DNA of 64,000 nt from Acidimicrobiales bacterium (GTDB lineage: Bacteria > Actinomycetota > Acidimicrobiia > Acidimicrobiales > RAAP-2), in assembly GCA_035532375.1 (NCBI GenBank), contig DATKRC010000125.1, positions 5,805 through 69,804 on the forward strand, given 5' to 3'. Made by a program: the position numbers and the translations under genes. This document shows, one piece after another, positions 10,627-20,910 of the stretch; within the stretch, counting starts at the first letter, position 1, and every line of letters begins with the position of its first letter. The notes under the pieces were generated by a model. That model saw only the letters and a program-made list of their open reading frames with translations. It searched no databases and was not told where the DNA came from.

Positions 10627-11412
10627 ATGGGGATCATGAAGCGCATCAGTACCCTCTTCCAGGCCAAGACCAACGCGGCCCTGAATAAGGCTGAGGACCC
10701 GCGCCAGACACTCGATCTCTCCTACGAACAACAGCTCGACAACCTCACCAAGGTGAAGCGCGCTGTTGCTGACGTCGCCACAGCGCGCAAGCGCGTCGAG
10801 ATCCAGGCCGAGCAGTTGAAGACCCAGGGCGACAAATTGGCCGAGCAGGCCAAGGCCGCTCTAGCCCAGAACAACGAGCCCCTGGCGCGCGAAGCACTTT
10901 CGCGCCGCCAAGCCATCACCGTGCAACTGGCCGACCTTGAGACCCAACACGCCACCATCGTGGACCAGGAACAGAAGTTGACCGACACCGCGCAGCGTCT
11001 CCAGACCGAGGTCGAGGCCTTTCGCACCAAGAAGGAAACCATCAAGGCGACGTATACGGCCGCCCAAGCGTCGGCGCATATCTCCGAAGCGGTCAGTGGG
11101 ATCTCGACGTCGATGGGCGACGCCGGTGCCGCGATGCAGCGTGCCCAGGACAAGGTCGCCGAGATGCAGGCCCGCAGCGGGGCCCTCGATGAGCTACTGG
11201 CGTCGGGGGCCCTCACCGACCTGACGAGCACGAACGACGACATCCAGGCCCAACTCGACAAGGCGAAGGGCACGTCCGATATCGATGCGCAGATCGCCGC
11301 TTTGAAGTCACAGGTGGCGAGTGGCACCACGTCGGAACTTCCTTCGGGCGACGCTGCGGGCACGGCACCTCCGACTACCGATTCCGCGCCCAGCGCTGAG
11401 GAGACAAAGTAA
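10627..11412 (+). CDS. pspA: PspA/IM30 family protein
   Basis: AEDPRQTL, long coiled coil, AAGGAGG RBS. Confidence 0.9.
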   Translation: MGIMKRISTLFQAKTNAALNKAEDPRQTLDLSYEQQLDNLTKVKRAVADVATARKRVEIQAEQLKTQGDKLAEQAKAALAQNNEPLAREALSRRQAITVQLADLETQHATIVDQEQKLTDTAQRLQTEVEAFRTKKETIKATYTAAQASAHISEAVSGISTSMGDAGAAMQRAQDKVAEMQARSGALDELLASGALTDLTSTNDDIQAQLDKAKGTSDIDAQIAALKSQVASGTTSELPSGDAAGTAPPTTDSAPSAEETK

Positions 11413-12317
11413 TGGCACAGTCCAAGATTGAGAGCGACCACGGGCTGAACGTCCGGATGTTCATGACGGGTCTCGCACTCGTCATCCTCTACGCGATCAT
11501 CTTCACGGTCCTCTTGAACGTCGGGGTCCAACTGGTCTTCGTCATCTTGATCTGCGGTGGGCTGCTCTTTTCCCAGTACTACTTCTCGGACAAGATCGCG
11601 ATGTTCTCGATGCACGCCAAGGAGGTGACACCCGCCCAAGAGCCAAAGTTGCACCAGATCGTGGACCGACTGTGCCTGCTCGCCAATATGGAGAAGCCCC
11701 GCGTCGGGGTCGCCGAGGTGGACATACCGAACGCATTCGCGACCGGTCGGAGTCCCAACCATGCGGTCATTTGCGCGACCCGGGGACTGATGAACCGGCT
11801 CAATGACGAAGAGCTTGAGGCGGTCCTCGCTCACGAGCTCAGCCACGTGGCCCACCGCGACGTAGCGATAATGACGATCGCTTCGGGCGTCGGCATGCTC
11901 GCCGGACTGGTAAGTCGAATCGCGTTGTGGAGCACGTTGCTCTCGGGCGGTGGGCGCAGTCGAAGTGGCAATCAAATCGTCCTGCTCGAGATGTTGACGT
12001 TCCTCATTTCGATCGTCATCTACATCATTGCCTTCCTGTTGACGATGGCCCTGTCTCGTTATCGCGAACTCGCGGCTGACCGCTCGGGCGCGATCCTCAT
12101 CGGCAAGCCCAGCGTGCTGGCCAGCGCGCTGGTGCACGTCACGGGTGACATGGGCAAGATTCCGCGTACCGACCTCCGCAAGTCCGAAGGCATGAACGCC
12201 TTCTTCTTCGCCCCGGCCCTGGCCGGCAACACGGCCGCGTCACTCTTCTCCACGCACCCGTCGCTGGAGAAGCGACTCGACGCGTTGAAGAAGCTCGAAG
12301 TCGAACTCAACGGCTAG
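11412..12317 (+). CDS. htpX: Zinc metalloprotease HtpX
   Basis: PNAFATG, HELSH, SRYRELAAD, FSTHP. Confidence 0.95.
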   Translation: MAQSKIESDHGLNVRMFMTGLALVILYAIIFTVLLNVGVQLVFVILICGGLLFSQYYFSDKIAMFSMHAKEVTPAQEPKLHQIVDRLCLLANMEKPRVGVAEVDIPNAFATGRSPNHAVICATRGLMNRLNDEELEAVLAHELSHVAHRDVAIMTIASGVGMLAGLVSRIALWSTLLSGGGRSRSGNQIVLLEMLTFLISIVIYIIAFLLTMALSRYRELAADRSGAILIGKPSVLASALVHVTGDMGKIPRTDLRKSEGMNAFFFAPALAGNTAASLFSTHPSLEKRLDALKKLEVELNG

Positions 12318-12892
12318 TGGGTCTGCGCGACGCTCTCTTCGGCCGCACCAAACAAGTTGCGCCCAAACTCGATGGACTCTTCGCGTTGCCATCCGCGGCG
12401 CTGACGCTGCAGAGCGAACTGGACCTCGTTTCTTCGGGCAACGCCGGACTGTGCTTCAAGGCCGGAAGTGGTGAGACGACGATCACGACTGATGACGACA
12501 TCATCGCGCTGCTCAACTTCGACGACAAGACCGGAACGGTGAAGGTCACGACCGACGAACTCGGTTTCAAGTGGCTGGTGGTGAGCGATCCCGAGCTCGA
12601 CGGCCTGGTGACCCGGATCCACGGCGCCAACACCACTATGGTCGAGCACGGACTCGGCCCGAGGTTGTTGTGCGCCGTCTTCGGTTTCGTTCCGAAGACT
12701 CCACCGGGTGACGGCTCCGTTCGGTTGGTCTATCTGTTGAAGCAAGGAACCTTCTATCCCTTCGCCCCGACTGGCCCGGAACAGCGTGACAACGAGCTCG
12801 AACTGCGCGTGAGATCGTTCATCGGCGACGACCTGCCAATGGAGAAGGACCTGGCGCGATGGATGGCGCTGTGGAACCTTCCAGTTTCCTAG
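12317..12892 (+). CDS. PspA-associated protein (PspAB-like)
   Basis: Follows htpX; LVYL.KQGTFYPFAP..RDNELEL. Confidence 0.8.
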   Translation: MGLRDALFGRTKQVAPKLDGLFALPSAALTLQSELDLVSSGNAGLCFKAGSGETTITTDDDIIALLNFDDKTGTVKVTTDELGFKWLVVSDPELDGLVTRIHGANTTMVEHGLGPRLLCAVFGFVPKTPPGDGSVRLVYLLKQGTFYPFAPTGPEQRDNELELRVRSFIGDDLPMEKDLARWMALWNLPVS

Positions 12893-13203
12893 AGGACGAA
12901 CTCGGCGAAGTCCTCCTCGATGATTAGATCGAGTCCCTCGGCGTAGTCGAGGTCCAACTGCGTCAGACCGCCCTGGTCGTGGGTCCAGACTGCGAAGCGC
13001 ACCCGGCGATAACCGAGCGTCACGTCTGGGTGATGGTTGAGGCTTTCGGCGAGCTGAACTTGGGCCAGAATCAATCGCGCGCCGCTCGGATAGTCAACGG
13101 TGGCGATCTCACGAACCAAGTGCGAATCCTCGACCCGCCAGAATGGATGATCGTTCATCCATTCGCGTAGGACTTCCTCGTCGAGTAACGCCGGTCTGGT
13201 CAC
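12889..13203 (-). CDS. phhB: Pterin-4-alpha-carbinolamine dehydratase
   Basis: [21 protein letters not shown]. Confidence 0.85.
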   Translation of the reverse strand: MTRPALLDEEVLREWMNDHPFWRVEDSHLVREIATVDYPSGARLILAQVQLAESLNHHPDVTLGYRRVRFAVWTHDQGGLTQLDLDYAEGLDLIIEEDFAEFVL

Positions 13204-14588
13204 GGGTGTGTCATGTCCTCGGGCACGACCGCCGCGTCGAACTCTTCGCCAGTGAGTAGTCCCATGTCGAGCGCCGCTTCGCGCAATGTCGTGCCCTCGT
13301 GGTGGGCTTTCTTGGCCACCTCGGCCGCTTTGTCATAGCCAATGGAAGGCGCCAACGCGGTGACGAGCATGAGCGAATCGCGTAAATGCTGGGCGATGCT
13401 CACCACATCGGGCTCGATACCTTCGACGCAGAATTCGCGGAACCGATCACAGGCATCGGTGAGAAGGTTGACCGAGTTGAGGAAGTTGTGTATCAGGACC
13501 GGTTTGCACACGTTCAATTCCAGATTTCCCCGTGAACCGGCGGTCGTTACGGCGACATCGTTGCCAAAGACCTGCACCGCCACCATGATCATGGCCTCGC
13601 ACTGTGTCGGATTAACCTTCCCCGGCATGATGGAACTTCCCGGTTCGTTCTCGGGCAACTTCAACTCACCGAGACCGGAACGCGGACCCGACCCGAGCCA
13701 TCGGATGTCGTCCGCGATCTTCGCCAGGCTGGCCGCCAGTGTTCTGATGGCGCCGTGCGCGAAGACGAGTGCGTCGTGAGCGGCCAACGCGGCGAAGTAG
13801 TTCGGTGCGGCGACGAAGGGCTTGCCCGTGAGGGCCGAAATGGCAACAGCCACGCGCTCTCCGAATTCCGGATGCGTGTTGAGGCCCGTGCCCACGGCCG
13901 TACCGCCCGCCGCCAACTCACAGAGCCCCGGTAACACGAGCTCCAACCGCGCCAGGTCTGCGTCGAGTTGCGAGACGTAGCCGGAGAACTCCTGGCCCAG
14001 CGTGAGTGGCACGGCATCCATCAAGTGCGTTCGGCCAATCTTTGTGATTCCGCCGAAAGCCTCCGCCTTCACGTTGAGCGCGTCGCGCAATCGACTCACC
14101 GACGGAATGAGTCGATCAGTGATCTCGAGGACCGCCGCGATATGCATCGCGGTTGGAAACGTGTCATTGGACGATTGCGACATATTGACGTGATCGTTCG
14201 GGTGCACGGGTTCCTTGCTTCCCATTACGCCACCGGCTATCTCGATCGCGCGATTCGAAATGACTTCATTGACGTTCATGTTGGTCTGCGTACCAGAGCC
14301 CGTCTGCCAGATTCGTAGTGGGAATTCGTCAGCGAGAAGACCATCAATTACTTCGCGGCAGGCGCGCTCGATCAGCGATGCTCGCTCCGCATCAATCTTT
14401 CCTAGATCGTGGTTCACCTGAACCGACGCGAACTTCAGAATTCCGAATGCGCGAATCAGGGCCAGAGGCATCGTTTCGTGACCAATCGCAAAGTGATGCA
14501 GGCTTCGCTCTGTTTGTGCGCCCCAATAGTGATTCGCAGGCACTTCGATAGCGCCCATCGAATCTGACTCGATTCTCACCTCACTCAT
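13200..14588 (-). CDS. fumC: Class II fumarate hydratase
   Basis: [24 protein letters not shown]. Confidence 0.97.
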   Translation of the reverse strand: MSEVRIESDSMGAIEVPANHYWGAQTERSLHHFAIGHETMPLALIRAFGILKFASVQVNHDLGKIDAERASLIERACREVIDGLLADEFPLRIWQTGSGTQTNMNVNEVISNRAIEIAGGVMGSKEPVHPNDHVNMSQSSNDTFPTAMHIAAVLEITDRLIPSVSRLRDALNVKAEAFGGITKIGRTHLMDAVPLTLGQEFSGYVSQLDADLARLELVLPGLCELAAGGTAVGTGLNTHPEFGERVAVAISALTGKPFVAAPNYFAALAAHDALVFAHGAIRTLAASLAKIADDIRWLGSGPRSGLGELKLPENEPGSSIMPGKVNPTQCEAMIMVAVQVFGNDVAVTTAGSRGNLELNVCKPVLIHNFLNSVNLLTDACDRFREFCVEGIEPDVVSIAQHLRDSLMLVTALAPSIGYDKAAEVAKKAHHEGTTLREAALDMGLLTGEEFDAAVVPEDMTHP

Positions 14589-15855
14589 GTAAGCCTCTGT
14601 ACTTTTTCTTGGCGGACTTCGTGGTGGGCTTCCTCTTCACTGCGGCCTCTTTGATTGGTGACTTCTTCGCGGGTGACTTCTTTATCGCCACCTTCTTGGC
14701 TGGTGACTTCTTAGCGGGTGCTTTCTTCGCTGCAGCTTTCCTGACTGTCATCTTCTTCGCGGCTGAATCCTTAGCCGGAGCTTTCGTGGCTGCAGTTTTC
14801 TTCGCGGGTGACTTCTTTATCGCCACCTTCTTGGCTGGTGACTTCTTAGCGGGTGCTTTGTTGGCTGCAGTTTTCTTCGCACCGGCTTGCTTGGTCGACT
14901 TCTTCTTTACGGGTTTCCGTGTGGCAGCTGGAGGCAACTCCAGGACGAACGCTTCGAGGTCAGCGGACACCATGCCGTCATAGAGTTTGATGCCCTCGAC
15001 CACGACTTTCCTGGCCGCGATGACGTCTTCCCATCGAGGACCCTCGCCTATTCCCGGAACCTCGAGCAGTAATGGCAAGTCGCGAAAATCTGGATGGCCC
15101 ACGAGTGCGGCCAGAGCCTCGGTGCCAATCGTCCCTTCGTCGATATTGGCGTGTCGGTCTCGGTTCCCACCCAACTCGATCTTGGAATCGTTCAAATGGA
15201 AGCAACGAAGTCGGCCCAAGCCGATGCTCATATCGATTTCGTGCACGAGTTTGTTCGTGGCGTGCGTACTCGAATAGTCGACTCCACTCGCCCAGAGGTG
15301 TTGCGTGTCAATGCACAGACCGATCCGTTCGTCGCCCCCGGTGGCGTCGATCAACGCCCTAATTTCTTCGAAACTGCGACCAACCGGGCCGTCGGCACCG
15401 GCCGCGTTCTCAATCAGAATCGGGCAGTCCTTGACGCCCGGTGGTGCCGAGTGCGCGGCGTTCAGCGCGCGCTTGAGGGCCTCAGCCATCTGCGGCAACG
15501 CCGCTTCGAAGCCGTTGCCTTTGTGCGAGCCCACGTGCAAGACCACGCCCGACGAGGCCATTCCGCGCCCCGTTGAGAGGTTGCTGATCAAGCAGTCGAC
15601 GGACTTCTCATAGAGTTCCTCGTCAGGTGTGGCCAAGTTGATCAAGTACGTCGCGTGACAGAACGTGTGCGACACGCTCGGATGATTCGCCTGCGCTTCG
15701 CGGTAGGCCTCGAGGACTTCCGGCGAGTACTGCGATGGCTTCCACATTCGGGGACTCTGCGTGAATATTTGAATGGACGTGGCGCCGATTTCGACGCCCT
15801 CTTCCAGTGAAGGGATGAGCTTGCCACCCCCGCGTACGTGTGCACCAATGTTCAT
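14581..15855 (-). CDS. nfo: Endonuclease IV with C-terminal histone H1-like Lys/Ala tail
   Basis: [32 protein letters not shown]; tail of AKK repeats. Confidence 0.9.
   Translation of the reverse strand: MNIGAHVRGGGKLIPSLEEGVEIGATSIQIFTQSPRMWKPSQYSPEVLEAYREAQANHPSVSHTFCHATYLINLATPDEELYEKSVDCLISNLSTGRGMASSGVVLHVGSHKGNGFEAALPQMAEALKRALNAAHSAPPGVKDCPILIENAAGADGPVGRSFEEIRALIDATGGDERIGLCIDTQHLWASGVDYSSTHATNKLVHEIDMSIGLGRLRCFHLNDSKIELGGNRDRHANIDEGTIGTEALAALVGHPDFRDLPLLLEVPGIGEGPRWEDVIAARKVVVEGIKLYDGMVSADLEAFVLELPPAATRKPVKKKSTKQAGAKKTAANKAPAKKSPAKKVAIKKSPAKKTAATKAPAKDSAAKKMTVRKAAAKKAPAKKSPAKKVAIKKSPAKKSPIKEAAVKRKPTTKSAKKKYRGLHE
14663..14859. repeat. 62-bp direct repeat inside the nfo tail (14663-14724 and 14798-14859)
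   Basis: Identical sequence encoding [21 protein letters not shown] twice. Confidence 0.85.
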
Positions 15856-15901
15856 TACAGTAAAACTACCTCTCGCTTCACTCCAGCACGTAAGGAATTC
15901 A

Positions 15902-16303
15902 ATGCCCGATACATTCACTCCCGCGGCTCGGAAACTAATCGCGAAAAAGGTGCTGGCCCACGTGGCCAGCCTCGACGCCGACGGGGGTCCGAACGTCTCG
16001 CCGGTCTGGATCGAGCTCGATGGTGACGAACTGGTGATCAACACCGCGCTGGGACGGGCCAAGGCCAGAAACTTTGCTTCGGACTCGCGCGTGGCCGTTT
16101 CCATGGTCGATCCCGACGATGAAGATTCGATCATCACCCTTCGCGGGTCCGTAGTGGGATTCACGACGATTGGCGCGGAAGAAGATGTCGATCGGCTCGC
16201 GAAGAAATATCTCGGCGTCGATTCGTATCCCAATCGCCGTGTCGGTCAGGTGCGCGTCACGGTCCGAATCCAACCAGATCGAATTTCTCGACAGCCCAAC
16301 TAG
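15902..16303 (+). CDS. PPOX-class F420-dependent oxidoreductase
   Basis: ASLDADGGPNVSPVW, GRAKARN..SDSRVAVS. Confidence 0.85.
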   Translation: MPDTFTPAARKLIAKKVLAHVASLDADGGPNVSPVWIELDGDELVINTALGRAKARNFASDSRVAVSMVDPDDEDSIITLRGSVVGFTTIGAEEDVDRLAKKYLGVDSYPNRRVGQVRVTVRIQPDRISRQPN

Positions 16304-16306
16304 GCC

Positions 16307-16786
16307 TCAACGAAATCGGGTCGTGAGACCGAGGTCGCTCGATTCCGAGGAAACAATACGCAGCGTCTCGTTCCTGTGTCGGAGGTGGGTGCCGTCCCAA
16401 CTCCATACCGTGATTGGCTTCGGCGGTGCCGGTCGGTTGTAGGCACCGACGATGGTCGCGACGTCGTTGGAAAAGTTGACCTCGTCGTTCGTGAGAAGAG
16501 CTTCGACAACCTGGGCACTGGACTCGGCCCTCGGTGCACTGACAACTACGGTGTCGAGCGGCACCAGCCAACTGAGAGTTGCGACGTCGCGCGCCGCCAT
16601 CTGCGCCGAGTAAACATCCGAAAGATCCAACCAGACGCCGAGCGGATTGGTCACCCGATCGTGCAGCGATCCGAGCGCGACGATGGGGTCCGCGTCGGTG
16701 ATCGAAACGATGAGGTGTCGGGCGTTGATCTCATCGGCCAACGTGTCGAGTACATCGAAGCGAACGTCGAGTCGGACCAAGGTCAT
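16307..16786 (-). CDS. Hypothetical protein (possibly degenerate LLM-like)
   Basis: Co-oriented with the rplS operon; AARDVATLS and GAYNRPAP resemble LLM segments. Confidence 0.55.
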   Translation of the reverse strand: MTLVRLDVRFDVLDTLADEINARHLIVSITDADPIVALGSLHDRVTNPLGVWLDLSDVYSAQMAARDVATLSWLVPLDTVVVSAPRAESSAQVVEALLTNDEVNFSNDVATIVGAYNRPAPPKPITVWSWDGTHLRHRNETLRIVSSESSDLGLTTRFR

Positions 16787-16789
16787 GGC

Positions 16790-17089
16790 CTAGGGCTGCA
16801 GGTCTTCCTTGGGTAACTTCTCGATGTTCACGTCACGAAAGGTGAGCACTCGAACAGATGGCACGAACCGAGCGGTGCGGTACATGTCCCACACCCAGGC
16901 GTCATTCAGCGTCACCTCAAGCAATGTCGGCGTTCCCGTGGCGCGTACTTCGATGGCGACGTCGTTCGCTAGGTAGAAGCGACGATCGGTCTCGACGGCA
17001 TAGTTGAACGTCCCGACGACTGCTTTGTACTCCTGGACTAAAGCGAGTTCCAGCGTCGACTCGTAGTCGTCGAGTTCCTCTTCACCCAC
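16790..17089 (-). CDS. DUF2469 family protein
   Basis: VETDRRFYLAN, DAWVWDMYR. Confidence 0.9.
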   Translation of the reverse strand: MGEEELDDYESTLELALVQEYKAVVGTFNYAVETDRRFYLANDVAIEVRATGTPTLLEVTLNDAWVWDMYRTARFVPSVRVLTFRDVNIEKLPKEDLQP

Positions 17090-17092
17090 GCG

Positions 17093-17452
17093 TTACTGCG
17101 TGCGCTCGGTGACGCGAAGCTCCTTGATCTTGGCGGCTTTTCCGCGCAGATCTCGGAGGTAGTACAACTTGGCGCGGCGAACGTCGCCGTAGGATTCGAC
17201 TTCGATCTTGGCGATCGTCGGTGCGTGCACGGGGAAGGTGCGCTCGACACCGACGCCGAAACTGATCTTTCGCACCGTGAACGTTTCGTGAACGCCCGAA
17301 CCCTGGCGTCGAATGACCACGCCCTGGAAGATCTGAACGCGCTCGCGAGCACCTTCGACGACGCGGACGTGGACCTTCAGGGTGTCGCCAGTGCGAAAAG
17401 ATGGGATGTCATCGCGAAGCGAATCGCGGTCGATGAGGTCGGTCGGGTTCAT
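17093..17452 (-). CDS. rplS: 50S ribosomal protein L19
   Basis: [19 protein letters not shown]. Confidence 0.98.
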   Translation of the reverse strand: MNPTDLIDRDSLRDDIPSFRTGDTLKVHVRVVEGARERVQIFQGVVIRRQGSGVHETFTVRKISFGVGVERTFPVHAPTIAKIEVESYGDVRRAKLYYLRDLRGKAAKIKELRVTERTQ

Positions 17453-17490
17453 GGGAGCGGTCCCTTTCGGATCACTGAGGCCTTAGGAGT

Positions 17491-18243
17491 TTAGCCGTTT
17501 TGCCCGTTTGTTTCCAACACTGGGAATTCGACCAGTATCGCGTCGTCGGCGTCACTCAGTCCTCCGCGCGCCGCGATCAGGTCCGGACGGCGCTGGATCG
17601 TTCGGCGCAGCGCCTGGGCACGACGCCAGCGCGCTATTCGAGCGTGATCTCCTGAACGCAGGATCTCAGGCACCGCGACACCGCGCACCTCGGCCGGTTG
17701 TGTGTAGTGCGGGTATTCGAGCAGGCCGTCACTGAAGGACTCGTCGAGGCTGCTGTCGTCATTGCCCAGCGCACCGGGTCGGAGGCGCACGACCGCCTCG
17801 ATCACGCACAGAGCCGCGAGTTCGCCGCCGGCCAAGACGAAGTCGCCGAGGGAGATCTCGTCGTCGACCGCGAGGTCAAGGGCGCGTTGGTCGATCCCCT
17901 CGTACCGGCCACAGAGCAGGGAGAAGCCGTCCAGCGCCGCCAACTCCTGGGCGACCGATTGTTTGAAAGTACGCCCGGACGGCGTCAACGCAATGAGTGG
18001 TCGCGCGATGTCGGTGTGATCGTCGAGCGTCCGGAGGATGGGCTCGGCGCGCAGCACCATGCCCGCTCCCCCGCCGAACGGCGTGTCGTCCACGGTGCGG
18101 TGCACGTCGTCGGTCGCGTCGCGTAGGTCGTGGACGTGGAGCTCCCAGACGTCGCGTTCACTCGCCCGGCCGAGCACGGATGTCGACGCGTAGCCGGTGA
18201 CGGCCTCGGGAAACAGCGTCAAGACGTCTACGCGCAAGGTCAT
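17491..18243 (-). CDS. trmD: tRNA (m1G37) methyltransferase
   Basis: VDDTPFGGGAGMV, CGRYEGID, SLGDFVLAGGE. Confidence 0.97.
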   Translation of the reverse strand: MTLRVDVLTLFPEAVTGYASTSVLGRASERDVWELHVHDLRDATDDVHRTVDDTPFGGGAGMVLRAEPILRTLDDHTDIARPLIALTPSGRTFKQSVAQELAALDGFSLLCGRYEGIDQRALDLAVDDEISLGDFVLAGGELAALCVIEAVVRLRPGALGNDDSSLDESFSDGLLEYPHYTQPAEVRGVAVPEILRSGDHARIARWRRAQALRRTIQRRPDLIAARGGLSDADDAILVEFPVLETNGQNG

Positions 18244-18716
18244 TCGAAGAGACCTTCGGGCACGTCGACGTCGACGCGGACATTAGGGTCGACGCTCGTG
18301 ACGAAGGTCAGCGGCACGAGGGCACCGCTGTCGAGCACCAACAGGTCGCTGGCCGGGTTGGCCTCGACACCCACGACGACCCCCCGACGAGTCCCCTCGG
18401 CGTCGAAGACCTCCGCGTCGTAGAGCTGATCGATCCAGATGACACTCTCATCATCCAGGCGCGGGGCCGACAGCACGACGCCGCGCCACTGCTCGGCCTT
18501 CTCGCGCGTATCGATACCTTCGAAGGTCACGATGAAGCGCTGTTGGTGTGCGATGGATGCCGTGACGTGAAGCGGTCCTCGGTCGCTCAAGAGTTCACTG
18601 CCGGGGGCGAGTCGCTCGGTTCGGTCACTCCAGAGGTCGACGAGCACCTGACCCTTGAGTCCCTGTGCTTTGATGATTCGCCCGACTTCGAGCGTAGGGC
18701 GCTCTTCGGCGCTCAC
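18240..18716 (-). CDS. rimM: Ribosome maturation factor RimM
   Basis: VGRIIKAQGLKG; between rpsP/khpA and trmD. Confidence 0.93.
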   Translation of the reverse strand: MSAEERPTLEVGRIIKAQGLKGQVLVDLWSDRTERLAPGSELLSDRGPLHVTASIAHQQRFIVTFEGIDTREKAEQWRGVVLSAPRLDDESVIWIDQLYDAEVFDAEGTRRGVVVGVEANPASDLLVLDSGALVPLTFVTSVDPNVRVDVDVPEGLFE

Positions 18717-18718
18717 GA

Positions 18719-19057
18719 TTAGTCGACGATGTCGACGGAGGTCGTCACGCCATCGCGTGCGCCCGCGGCGCCGACCAGGGCGCGGATGGCCTGAGCCGTG
18801 CGGCCGCGGCGGCCGATGATCCGGCCCATGTCGTTGGCTCCGACGCTCAGCGAGAGGACGACTTTGCCCTGGCGCTCGCTGACGTCAACGGAGACCGCGC
18901 TGGGGTCTTCGGCGAGTGACGAGGCGATGAAGTGCAAGACGGCGCTCGCCGTGGCGGCGTTATCGACGCTGTCAGTGGCGGCGTTGACGTCCTGGTCGTC
19001 GTCGCCGTCGTCAATCGTGTTGACGTCGCCCGCGACGTAGTCGTTTACGTCGCTCAC
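18719..19057 (-). CDS. khpA: KH-domain RNA-binding protein
   Basis: DMGRIIGRRGRTA; GTG start overlaps the rpsP stop. Confidence 0.9.
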   Translation of the reverse strand: MSDVNDYVAGDVNTIDDGDDDQDVNAATDSVDNAATASAVLHFIASSLAEDPSAVSVDVSERQGKVVLSLSVGANDMGRIIGRRGRTAQAIRALVGAAGARDGVTTSVDIVD

Positions 19058-19350
19058 TGGGCGGCCTTCTCGGCCTTGGCGGCCGCGAACATGTCCAGGG
19101 CGCCACTGGTCTTCAGAAGCTTGGCGACCCGCTCGGTTGGTTGGGCACCCTGCTGGAGCCAACGCAGCACCTTTTCGTTGTCGATATTGGTGACGGTTTC
19201 GGGCTCGGCGGCGGAAAGTCCGCGGGGTTGGTAGGTCCCGACGATCTCGAGGAAGGCCCCGGAACGGGCTCGGCGGCTCTCGGCCGCGACGACGCGATAG
19301 GTCGGTTGCTTCTTCTTACCCATACGTACCAAACGAAGTTTCACAGCCAC
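19054..19350 (-). CDS. rpsP: 30S ribosomal protein S16
   Basis: AVKLRLVRMGKKKQPTYRVV, WLQQGAQPT. Confidence 0.97.
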   Translation of the reverse strand: MAVKLRLVRMGKKKQPTYRVVAAESRRARSGAFLEIVGTYQPRGLSAAEPETVTNIDNEKVLRWLQQGAQPTERVAKLLKTSGALDMFAAAKAEKAAQ

Positions 19351-19418
19351 GACGAAATTCCCTTCAAACCTTTTGCCCCGGTCCACCGGAACTGGGCGAG
19401 ATACCCGAGCGTCAAAGT

Positions 19419-20894
19419 TTAGCGTTGTTTGGGGGGTGTAACCCTCCCACCTTTCTTCTTCTTGCTTTTGCCACCGCCCCCGCGGACCGGTTGCGCGGAC
19501 CTCATTCCCGCGCCCAGCGCTTCGAAACCGGGTGGCAGCGCGTCGCCGCGCTGGGCCTTCTGCGCCACGTTCGCCCTTCGCCCCATGCCGCCGGGCATCG
19601 CGGGCAGCGCGCCGCCCATCTGTCGCATCATCTTTCGCATCTCGTTGAACTGCTTGAGCAGTTGGTTCACCGCGCTCACCGTCGTACCCGAGCCGCGCGC
19701 GATGCGAGTGCGACGAGATCCGTCGATGATCACCGGCTGGCGTCGTTCGCGCTTGGTCATCGATTGGATGATCGCCTCGACCTTGTTGAGCTCGCCCTCA
19801 TCGACGTTACTGGCGGCGTTTCGCATCTCTTTGGTGACTCCGGGCATCATCTTCATGATCCCGCCGAGCGAACCCATCTTTCGAACCTGGTTCATCTGGG
19901 CGAGGAAGTCATCGAGGGTAAAGGTCCCGCTCATCATCCGACCGGCACCCTCAGCGATGACGTCTGAGTCCATCTTCTGCTCGGCCTGCTCGATCAACGA
20001 GAGCACGTCGCCCATCCCGAGGATTCGCGACGCCATCCGGTCGGGGTGGAAGAGCTCGAAGTCGTCCATCTTCTCGCCGGTCGAGGCGAAGACCACCGGT
20101 CGACCCACCACGCCGCGCGCCGACAGCACCGCGCCGCCGCGCGCGTCGTAGTCGAGTTTCGTGACGATAATTCCTGAGAGGGCCAACGCCTCGTGGAAGG
20201 CCCGGGCCGTGACGACAGCGTCTTGGCCGGTGACCGCGTCGATCACCAGGAAGGTGTAGTGCGGCGAGGTGACTCGGCTGATCGAGCGCGCCTCGTCCAT
20301 CAGCGCTTCGTCGATCGAGAGTCGACCGGCGGTGTCGATGATCACCACGTCGCGTCCTAGTCGTGTGGCCTCTTTGAGACCGTGTCGCGCGACGTCTATC
20401 GGACTCGACGTTTCAGAAAAGACGTCGACGCCGACCTGCGAGCCGAGGACGCGCAGTTGCTCGACCGCCGCCGGGCGCTGAAGGTCGGCCGCGATCAAAT
20501 ACGGCTGGCGTCCCTGTTGCTTGAACCACGCGGCCAATTTGGCAGCGGTCGTGGTCTTGCCGGCGCCTTGGAGACCGGCGAGCAATATGACCGTCGGTGG
20601 TTTGGAGGCATAGGTGACCTTGAGCGCCGAACCGCCGAGGACTTCGATCAACTGTTCGTGGACGGCCTTGATGACCTGTTGACCCGGCGAGAGACTTTGG
20701 CTGAGCGTCTCGCCGCTCAGGCGTTCGCGTACCGCTTCGAGGAACGCGCGAACAACGCCGAGTTCGACGTCGGCCTCTAAGAGCGCGGAACGGACCTCGC
20801 CGAGCGCTTCGTCGAGGTCCGCCTCGCTCAGGCGTCCGCGCGATCGCAGTGACGTGCCGAGACGTTCGAAACGTTCGCTGAGGGCATCAAACAT
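19419..20894 (-). CDS. ffh: Signal recognition particle protein
   Basis: GLQGAGKTT, DTAGR, Met-rich M domain. Confidence 0.97.
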   Translation of the reverse strand: MFDALSERFERLGTSLRSRGRLSEADLDEALGEVRSALLEADVELGVVRAFLEAVRERLSGETLSQSLSPGQQVIKAVHEQLIEVLGGSALKVTYASKPPTVILLAGLQGAGKTTTAAKLAAWFKQQGRQPYLIAADLQRPAAVEQLRVLGSQVGVDVFSETSSPIDVARHGLKEATRLGRDVVIIDTAGRLSIDEALMDEARSISRVTSPHYTFLVIDAVTGQDAVVTARAFHEALALSGIIVTKLDYDARGGAVLSARGVVGRPVVFASTGEKMDDFELFHPDRMASRILGMGDVLSLIEQAEQKMDSDVIAEGAGRMMSGTFTLDDFLAQMNQVRKMGSLGGIMKMMPGVTKEMRNAASNVDEGELNKVEAIIQSMTKRERRQPVIIDGSRRTRIARGSGTTVSAVNQLLKQFNEMRKMMRQMGGALPAMPGGMGRRANVAQKAQRGDALPPGFEALGAGMRSAQPVRGGGGKSKKKKGGRVTPPKQR

Positions 20895-20910
20895 GAGTTA
20901 GAGGCTAACG

